Virus record (IMG/VR): IMGVR_UViG_3300037310_000057 | Coordinates: 1-40,145 of that record | DNA length: 40,145 nucleotides | Strand: one strand, 5' to 3' | From: a virus | Taxonomy: Duplodnaviria; Caudoviricetes | Part shown: positions 33,869 to 40,145 of the stretch, piece by piece | Position numbering within the stretch: the stretch's first letter is position 1 | Layout: every line of letters begins with the position of its first letter | Notes under the pieces: model-generated | The model's database searches: none | What the model saw: the letters and a program-made list of their open reading frames with translations, nothing else | Told to the model about the DNA's origin: nothing | Made by a program: the position numbers and the translations under genes

Positions 33869-34036
33869 ATGCTGCTTTTGCTTTTTTTGTCGGGAGGCGG
33901 AGGCGGACCGCCTATCGACGTAGGCGAATCTTCTGGCAAGCGGCTCATCACGGTGGATATTGCGGATCGCACCATATCGGTTAATACACCAGACCGGGTG
34001 ATCGTTGTGCAAACCAATAACCGGGTGATCGAATGA
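33869..34036 (+). CDS. 55-aa hypothetical protein with internal (D/N)R.I.V repeats (not in the ORF track)
   Basis: My translation: MLLLLFLSGGGGGPPIDVGESSGKRLITVDIADRTISVNTPDRVIVVQTNNRVIE*; ATGA overlap with the next gene. Confidence 0.65.
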   Translation: MLLLLFLSGGGGGPPIDVGESSGKRLITVDIADRTISVNTPDRVIVVQTNNRVIE

Positions 34037-34323
34037 GCGACCTGCAACTGCTCCCGCTGGGCGGCGAATTGCTCTATACGTTTGACTTCACGCTCGAAGT
34101 ACCGTCATTAGTTACCGTCACTGGTATTGACTATACGGTGCCCAGCGAATTGACACAGTTTGCAGATAACGACGATCTGGCAAACAAAAAGGGCACCATA
34201 GGGCTCAGGGCTCATGCAACCAATGGTAAGCATGGGCAGACAGCACAGGTGAAGGCAGTGGCCACCCTGTCCAATACAGAGAAGGTTCCCAAGTACCTGG
34301 CCATCAGGCTTACTGGCAGCTAA
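34033..34323 (+). CDS. Putative fibre adaptor protein (small Ig-like)
   Basis: LLYTFDF, G..G....V...ATLSN.E pattern of small adaptor proteins found before terminase genes. Confidence 0.55.
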   Translation: MSDLQLLPLGGELLYTFDFTLEVPSLVTVTGIDYTVPSELTQFADNDDLANKKGTIGLRAHATNGKHGQTAQVKAVATLSNTEKVPKYLAIRLTGS

Positions 34324-34727
34324 TGCCGGTATCTGCGCCGCATCCCTGTGGCAAGCCGGGATGCAAGACATTGATTGCGCGCGGAACACGCTACTGCAGA
34401 ACACATCAACGCGCCTCATGGCGCGCGATAGATGCCCAGCGTGGCAGCACGAGAGAGCGCGGGTATGCAGGAGCATGGCCCAGGCTTCGTGCTTCATGGC
34501 TTAGAGAACACCCACTGTGTGTGTTCTGTGAAGAGCGGGGCAAGCTCGTAGCAGCGAGTGTTGTAGATCACATTGCGCCCATCAGCGAGGCGCCCGAACG
34601 TCGTCTCGATCCATCGAACCTGCGTAGTCTCTGCAAGCTTTGTCATAACCGCCGCACCGCAACAGAGCAGGGCTTCGCACGATCAGGCGGGAGGGCGGAT
34701 ACAAAGTCGGTGCTGATTCGTAATTGA
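34323..34727 (+). CDS. HNH endonuclease (packaging-associated, HK97 gp74-like)
   Basis: PCGKPGC, RERGY...W, HPLCVFC, VVDHI.P, NLRSLCKLCHNRRT; adjacent to TerS. Confidence 0.93.
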   Translation: MPVSAPHPCGKPGCKTLIARGTRYCRTHQRASWRAIDAQRGSTRERGYAGAWPRLRASWLREHPLCVFCEERGKLVAASVVDHIAPISEAPERRLDPSNLRSLCKLCHNRRTATEQGFARSGGRADTKSVLIRN

Positions 34728-34765
34728 CCGAGCGACCCACCGTTTTTAGGTGTCCGCAAAATGGT
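34690..34765. other. Candidate cos packaging region
   Basis: HNH-TerS interval containing ACCG-AGCGACCCAC-CGTTTTT...CGCAAAAT, where HK97-like phages carry 3' cos ends; exact cut site not determinable. Confidence 0.5.
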
Positions 34766-34781
34766 ACTGAGGTAGTCCTAT

Positions 34782-35198
34782 ATGGCGGGTAGGCCGAGAA
34801 CGTCAGCGGCGATCCTCAAGCTGCGCGGGACCTTCATTCATGACCCCCAAAGAGCCCGTGAAGACGCGCCCGGGGCCGGCCCATTCGATCCTGAACCGCC
34901 CGATGGGCTGACCGGGCCAGAGATTGCTGCGTGGCGCGAAATCGTCGCGGCGCTTCCGCGAATTGCACTGACGGCAAGCGAGCGGCCGGGGCTCATTCAG
35001 GTCGCGCGGCTTTGGGCGACCCTGCGCCAGACGAATCCGGCCTCGCCTGATTTTGTGAAGCTGGACGCAGCCTTTTGCAGATGGTGCGTTCAGATGGGTA
35101 TGACATTGCAAGCGAGGGCAAAGCTAGGGACCAGTGGCAAGCAAGACGGCAAAGCAAACAAGTTCTCGGGGCTCAAGGGAGAGCCATCCGCGGGATGA
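34782..35198 (+). CDS. terS: Terminase small subunit (P27-like)
   Basis: GAGG RBS; MAGRPR....LKLRGT, PPDGL, QMGMTLQARAKL, NKFSGL. Confidence 0.85.
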   Translation: MAGRPRTSAAILKLRGTFIHDPQRAREDAPGAGPFDPEPPDGLTGPEIAAWREIVAALPRIALTASERPGLIQVARLWATLRQTNPASPDFVKLDAAFCRWCVQMGMTLQARAKLGTSGKQDGKANKFSGLKGEPSAG

Positions 35199-36870
35199 CT
35201 ACGTTTCGGTCGCGCTGGCCTACGCCCAGGACGCGGCCGAGGATCGAAAGGGTAAGAACTATGGGAAGTGGATCCGGCTGGCCGCAAAGCGATTCATCGC
35301 GGACCTGAAGGCAGCGCAACGTAAGCGACCGCCGTTCCTGTGGAGCCCGGAGCAGGCGAACCGCTACTGTTCTTTTATCGAGCTCCTGCCGCACGTCGAG
35401 GGCGACTGGGAATCGAAGTCGATCCGGCTTGAGCCCGCGCAGATTTTCTTTCTTTGTAACCTGTTCGGATTCCGCAGACTTGACGGCTCAAGGCGGTTTA
35501 CGACCGCGCTTTATGCGGTGGCGCGTAAGAACGCCAAATCGACGCTTGCCGCAGCGATTCTGCTGGCCTGTTTTTGCTTGGAGTCGGAAATGGGGCCGCA
35601 GGTGTTGTCTGCGGCGACTACTGGCGACCAGGCGCGGATTGTCTGGGGTATTGCGAAGCGGATGGTGGATCGTGAGTCGGCGCTCCGGCAGGAGTTCTCG
35701 CTCGAGGCTTTCGCGAATGCGATCGCACGGTATGAAGTCGGCGGGTCGTTCCGCCCGATCAATGCGAAAGCCTCGACCCAGGACGGCCTGAATCCCTCGG
35801 CGCTCTGTTTTGACGAGCTCCACGCGCACAAGACGCGCGATCTTTTCGACGTGCTGAGGTCTGCGGCCGGCTCGCGGAAGAATCCTCTGTTCCTGTATAC
35901 GACGACCGAGGGTTACGAAAACCCCGGCCCGTGGCAGGAAGTGCGGCGGTTTGCATGGCAGGTATTGGACGGCATCGTGAAGGCCGACCATTTCCTTGCG
36001 CTGTACTACGCGCTCGACGACGCGGACGACGACTTCGACGAGTCAACGTGGGGGAAAGCAAACCCGCTGCTCGGCGTCTCGGTCAGTCTCGAAAAGCTGC
36101 GCGAGTATGCGCAGGAAGCCAAGGCGCTACCCGGCTCGCTAGCAGAGTTCCGCATCAAGCGATTGAATCGTCCAGCGGCCTCGGCCGAGGCGTGGATTGA
36201 TCTTCGCAAGTGGAAACGATGCGGAGGGGAGGTGCCGCTAGAGGGCCTTCTCGACGCCCCCTGCTGGGCTGGATTGGACCTTGCGAGCACGACCGACCTC
36301 GCGGCGTGGCGGATCGTCTGGAAAAAGGACGACGTGTACTACACATGGGGGCGCTACTGGGTGCCTGCAGCTGCGGTCAGACAGCGCACGGAGCGCGGGT
36401 CGGTACCCTATGCGAGTTGGGTCGCGGAGGGCTGGATTACCGAGACATCGGGAGATGTCATCGACTACGCGGTCGTGAAGGCGCAGATCCTTGATGACGT
36501 GGCGCGATTCCGCCCCGAGGAGGTCGCCTACGATCGATGGAACGCCTCCCAGCTCGTGCTTGAGCTGCAGGACGGCGGAGTGCAGATGGTTGAATTCGCG
36601 CAGGGGCCGAAGTCTTACAACCCGGCCATGCAGGCCTTGGAGACGGCGTATGTCAGCGGAAAACTACGACACGGAGGCAATCCTGTCCTGACCTGGAACG
36701 CGGCGAATCTGGTGCCGCGTCGGGACGTAAACATGAACATGGCACCCGACCGCAAGCGATCCGCTGAGAAAATCGACGGCATGGTGGCCCTGCTGATGGC
36801 AATGGGCCGCGCCGCGTTGCATGGTGACGGCAACCTTGCAGACTTCCTAGAAAACCCGGTTGTCGCGTGA
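35134..36870 (+). CDS. terL: Terminase large subunit
   Basis: VARKNAKST Walker A, LCFDELH Walker B, WGKANP, GLDLAS..DL, YDRWNA, KIDGMVA. Confidence 0.96.
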   Translation: MASKTAKQTSSRGSRESHPRDDYVSVALAYAQDAAEDRKGKNYGKWIRLAAKRFIADLKAAQRKRPPFLWSPEQANRYCSFIELLPHVEGDWESKSIRLEPAQIFFLCNLFGFRRLDGSRRFTTALYAVARKNAKSTLAAAILLACFCLESEMGPQVLSAATTGDQARIVWGIAKRMVDRESALRQEFSLEAFANAIARYEVGGSFRPINAKASTQDGLNPSALCFDELHAHKTRDLFDVLRSAAGSRKNPLFLYTTTEGYENPGPWQEVRRFAWQVLDGIVKADHFLALYYALDDADDDFDESTWGKANPLLGVSVSLEKLREYAQEAKALPGSLAEFRIKRLNRPAASAEAWIDLRKWKRCGGEVPLEGLLDAPCWAGLDLASTTDLAAWRIVWKKDDVYYTWGRYWVPAAAVRQRTERGSVPYASWVAEGWITETSGDVIDYAVVKAQILDDVARFRPEEVAYDRWNASQLVLELQDGGVQMVEFAQGPKSYNPAMQALETAYVSGKLRHGGNPVLTWNAANLVPRRDVNMNMAPDRKRSAEKIDGMVALLMAMGRAALHGDGNLADFLENPVVA

Positions 36871-38105
36871 ACAAGACGCTGCGGGCGATGTTCTACTGGC
36901 TCGGCTGGGCCGGCGGACTGAGGTCGGATACCGGCCGCCAGATTGGCGCTCCTGGCGGGCAACTGGTCGAGGGCACATCGAATATCGGCCCAGACCTTGC
37001 GCTGCAGGTTTCGACGGTATGGGCTTGCGTGTCCCGCAGGGCGAGCACGGTAGCGTCGCTTCCGCTGTTCGTGTACCAGAACAGAAATGGTATGCGCGAT
37101 CTGGATCGTGGTTCGCGTGCGTGGCAGTTGCTGCACGACTCGCCGAATCGGCGCATGACGCCCTACGAGTTCTGGCAGACGATGATGTTGAATCACGATC
37201 TGCGCGGGAACGCTTACGCGAAGATCGATCGGGCGCCGAACGGCGAGGCGCTTTCGCTCTGGCCAATGCCGGCTGATCAAGTAGACGTTGAAGTCCTCGA
37301 GAACGGGGATGTTGTCTATTTGTACCGCATGAGCAAGGGCACTGCCGTGTTGGCCGAAGATAGCGTTCTGCACCTGAAGGATATGGGCAACGGCTCCATC
37401 GGCCTATCCCGCCTCGACTACATGCGCGGGACGACGACCGAGGCACAGAAGGCGCAGCAGGAAGCGAATCGCACCTTCGGGACCAGCGGAAAGCCGACCG
37501 GCGTACTGATGCTCGACAAGGTTCTGAAGAAAGAACAGCGCGAGCAGTTGCAGGCGCGGTTTTCGGAAATCGCGAACGGCTCAACGGCGCGTCTGTATGT
37601 GCTCGAAGCCGATATGAAGTATCAGCAGATCTCGCTGTCGCCAGAACAGCAGCAACTTTTGGAGTCTCGTAGATTTTCAGTGGAAGAAATCTGTCGCTGG
37701 TTCGATGTGCCTCCGGTGCTTGCACATCACTCAAACGTGACGACGTGGGGCTCCGGCATCGAACAGATTGTGGACGGTTTCCACAAGTTCACGATTCGGC
37801 CCCTGCTGGTGAGCATCGAACAGGCGCTGACGAAGCGGGTGATGACGCCGGCCCAGCGCGCCGCGCTGACTGTCGAGTTCAGTCTCGATGCGCTGCTCCG
37901 TGCGTCACTGAAGGATCGCATGGAGATCTACGCGAAGGCCGTGCAGAACGGCATCTATAACCGGAACGAGGCGCGGCAGTTGGAGAATGCGCCGCCGTAC
38001 AAGGGCGGGGACACGTTTACCGCGCAGACCAACCTTGCGCCCATTGAGATGCTCGGGAAGATTCAGGCGCCCGCACAGCAAAGCCCAGAGCCCGTCGCGC
38101 AGTAA
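36867..38105 (+). CDS. Portal protein, HK97 family
   Basis: VWACV..RASTVASLPL, PNRRMTPYEFW, RGNAYA, QLLESRRFSVEEICRWFDVPP, NRNEARQLEN. Confidence 0.96.
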   Translation: MNKTLRAMFYWLGWAGGLRSDTGRQIGAPGGQLVEGTSNIGPDLALQVSTVWACVSRRASTVASLPLFVYQNRNGMRDLDRGSRAWQLLHDSPNRRMTPYEFWQTMMLNHDLRGNAYAKIDRAPNGEALSLWPMPADQVDVEVLENGDVVYLYRMSKGTAVLAEDSVLHLKDMGNGSIGLSRLDYMRGTTTEAQKAQQEANRTFGTSGKPTGVLMLDKVLKKEQREQLQARFSEIANGSTARLYVLEADMKYQQISLSPEQQQLLESRRFSVEEICRWFDVPPVLAHHSNVTTWGSGIEQIVDGFHKFTIRPLLVSIEQALTKRVMTPAQRAALTVEFSLDALLRASLKDRMEIYAKAVQNGIYNRNEARQLENAPPYKGGDTFTAQTNLAPIEMLGKIQAPAQQSPEPVAQ

Positions 38106-38117
38106 GGAGCGACATAT

Positions 38118-38810
38118 ATGCTTGTTCGCAAAACCATCAACGTCTGCGATGCCGATCTGAAGATTGACGGCGAGTCCGGCAAGTTTGCCGGGTATGCGAG
38201 CGTCTTCGGCGGCGTGGATTCCTACGGTGACACCATCGCGAAAGGCGCATTCGAGGCGACGCTGAAGGCGAATGGAAAGCCGAAGATGTTCTACAACCAC
38301 GACTGGGACATGCCCATAGGCAAGTACCAGGTCGCGCGCGAGGATGACAAGGGGCTGTACGTCGAGGGCGAGTTCACGCCCGGAATGCAGCGTTCGGCTG
38401 AAGTTCGCGCTGCCATGAAACACGGGACTATTGATGGCCTGTCAATTGGCGGCTTCCTGAAGCGCGGCGACTATGAAGAGACCGAGAACGGTAGGCTCAT
38501 CAAGCAATGGTCAACACTCGTTGAAGTGTCGCCGGTAGTTTTCCCAGCCGATTCTGCGGCCCGCGTCGAGTCGGGCAGCGTCAAGGTCATGGATCTCGAA
38601 GCGGCTCTGGCCGATGTCGAGACCGTCAGAGAGTTCGAGCGCCTCCTGCGCGACGCAGGGGGCTTTTCCAAGGCGATGGCTGCAAAGCTGGTCGCCAGGG
38701 CCAAGGTCATCTTTTCCGAGCGGGAGCCCGGTGAGACGGCGGAGGCTAGAGCAAAACGCGCTTGCATCGAGCGTATCGCGGCATTGGCCGGCGTGCAGAT
38801 GTTCGCGTAA
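38118..38810 (+). CDS. Prohead protease, HK97 family
   Basis: FAGYASVF..VDSYGD.I..GAF, YNHD, GLSIG, LVEVSPVVFPA. Confidence 0.95.
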   Translation: MLVRKTINVCDADLKIDGESGKFAGYASVFGGVDSYGDTIAKGAFEATLKANGKPKMFYNHDWDMPIGKYQVAREDDKGLYVEGEFTPGMQRSAEVRAAMKHGTIDGLSIGGFLKRGDYEETENGRLIKQWSTLVEVSPVVFPADSAARVESGSVKVMDLEAALADVETVREFERLLRDAGGFSKAMAAKLVARAKVIFSEREPGETAEARAKRACIERIAALAGVQMFA

Positions 38811-38837
38811 ACCTCACCAACTCAACGGAGAATCTCA

Positions 38838-39995
38838 ATGTCTGATGAAGCGATGATGAAGACGCTCGAATCTATCGAGCGCGCCCTTGCTGCTGCTGCC
38901 GAGAAGGCAGAGAAGCAGCAGCAGGAGTCCGGTCGTATTTCGACCGAAGTGAAGGCCGAGCTCGACAAGCTTGGGGAAAAGCAGCACGAACTCGCAGAAC
39001 GGCTGCGCGAGATCGAGCAGCGTGGCGGCGGCGAAGGCGAAGGCCAGAAGCCGTCCGAGGGCTGGGGCGAACAGCTCGTCAAGAGCGACAGCTACAAGGC
39101 ATTCGCCTCGGGGCAGTCCTCGAAGTGCCGGATCGAAGTGAAGAACACTATCACGGGTGACGACGCTACGGTCGCGCCGGATCGTCGTCCCGGCATCGTG
39201 CCCGGCTCGTTCCAGCCGCTCCTGATCGAGTCGCTCTACCCGAGCGTTCCGACCTCGAGCAACGCCATCGAGTACACGAAGGAAGCCTCCTTCACGAACT
39301 CGGCGGCGGAGGCTGCGGAAGGCGCGGCGAAGGCCGAGTCCGCGATCACGTTCTCGCTGGTCAACATGCCGGTGAGCACGGTCGCGCACTGGCTGAAAAT
39401 CAGCCGGCAGCTTGCCTCTGACAACTCGGCGCTTGCTGCCTATGTCAACCAGCGACTGGTGTATGGCGTGAACAAGCGCGTTGACACACAGCTCGTTTCT
39501 GGCAACGGCACGGCGCCGAACATCAGCGGCTTCCTGGACACGGGCAACTTCACCGCGCACGGCTACGCTGACGCGGCGCTGGGCTCGACCCTGAAGAAGC
39601 TGGTCCTGATTCGCAAGATCATGGGCGATCTCGAGGCGGCCGGCTACCCGCCGGATGCCATTGTGCTGAATCCGGCAGACTGGGCGCAGGTCGAGGTGGA
39701 CCTGCTCACGTCGGCCGCTAACGCGAACCGCGTGCAGTACGACCAGGCCGGGCGTCCGGTGCTGTTCGGCGTGCGTGTGGTGTCGTCGGTCGGCATGACG
39801 GCCGACAACATCGCGGTCGGGGCGTTCCGGCAGCACGGCACGATCTACAACCGCGAGGGTGTGGTGGTCGATATGTCCGAGTCTGACAGCGACAACTTCA
39901 CGAAGAACCTCGTGACGATCCGCGCCGAGCGTCGGCTCGCGTTGACATCCGAGGTACCCGCAGCGATCCGCGCTGGCGATCTGACCCCGGCCTGA
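38838..39995 (+). CDS. Major capsid protein, HK97 fold
   Basis: N-terminal delta coiled coil; AEGAAKAES, VAHWLKISRQL, GNGTAPNISG, FTKNLVTIRAERRLAL. Confidence 0.96.
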   Translation: MSDEAMMKTLESIERALAAAAEKAEKQQQESGRISTEVKAELDKLGEKQHELAERLREIEQRGGGEGEGQKPSEGWGEQLVKSDSYKAFASGQSSKCRIEVKNTITGDDATVAPDRRPGIVPGSFQPLLIESLYPSVPTSSNAIEYTKEASFTNSAAEAAEGAAKAESAITFSLVNMPVSTVAHWLKISRQLASDNSALAAYVNQRLVYGVNKRVDTQLVSGNGTAPNISGFLDTGNFTAHGYADAALGSTLKKLVLIRKIMGDLEAAGYPPDAIVLNPADWAQVEVDLLTSAANANRVQYDQAGRPVLFGVRVVSSVGMTADNIAVGAFRQHGTIYNREGVVVDMSESDSDNFTKNLVTIRAERRLALTSEVPAAIRAGDLTPA

Positions 39996-40018
39996 TCCGT
40001 CTGGGTGATGGTGGAACT

Positions 40019-40145
40019 GGGGGGGGGCGGGGAAACCCGCCCCCTTTTTCTTGCAGGAGTCCCATGCGTCAAATCGAATTTACCGGTCAGGGATCGAATA
40101 CCATCCTGGGCAACTTTGCGCCCGGCGATATGGCTCGCTGCAGCG
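40019..40145. repeat. Terminal direct repeat (copy 2) of a circular assembly
   Basis: Identical to 1-127. Confidence 0.95.

Noticed and set aside
35518-35544. TerL Walker A reading RKNAKS instead of RKNGKS as an inactivating change
   Set aside because: To my knowledge this variant occurs in other HK97-like terminases, and all other motifs are intact.
36615-39836. Long antisense ORFs over the portal and capsid genes
   Set aside because: Shadow ORFs expected from high-GC codon bias opposite well-supported genes.
40019-40145. 127-bp terminal repeat as a biological direct terminal repeat
   Set aside because: The length equals a common assembler k-mer, it cuts through a gene, and the HNH/TerS/TerL type points to cos packaging near 34.7 kb.

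Overview
The window is one complete, circularly assembled dsDNA tailed-phage genome of about 40,018 bp. Bases 1-127 are repeated exactly at 40019-40145, consistent with an assembler overlap. It has a lambda/HK97-like siphovirus layout. The late genes are HNH, TerS, TerL, portal, protease and major capsid (34.3-40.0 kb), then head-tail, tail tube, chaperones, tape measure and tail tip (0-14.8 kb), then a lysis cassette whose nested Rz/Rz1 spanins imply a Gram-negative host (14.9-16.5 kb). A four-gene accessory block (Ntn protease, unknown protein, metallophosphoesterase, divergent Acb2-like protein) sits at 16.5-18.6 kb. A leftward early arm (ERF, methylase-like and small ORFs) covers 19.0-25.3 kb and a rightward early/middle arm covers 25.4-30.1 kb. 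A late promoter with a structured leader and a repeat-fibre module precede the terminase. I found no integrase, CI-like repressor, tRNA or CRISPR array. The most unusual feature lies inside the tail-tip operon: two large proteins with signal peptides and many cysteines (24 and 12 in the mature chains) that resemble bacterial exported adhesins. A PASTA domain is split between the end of the second one and the start of the tail hub protein, and a separate stand-alone PASTA mini-gene lies in the early region. All family assignments come from motif recognition by eye; no searches were run.
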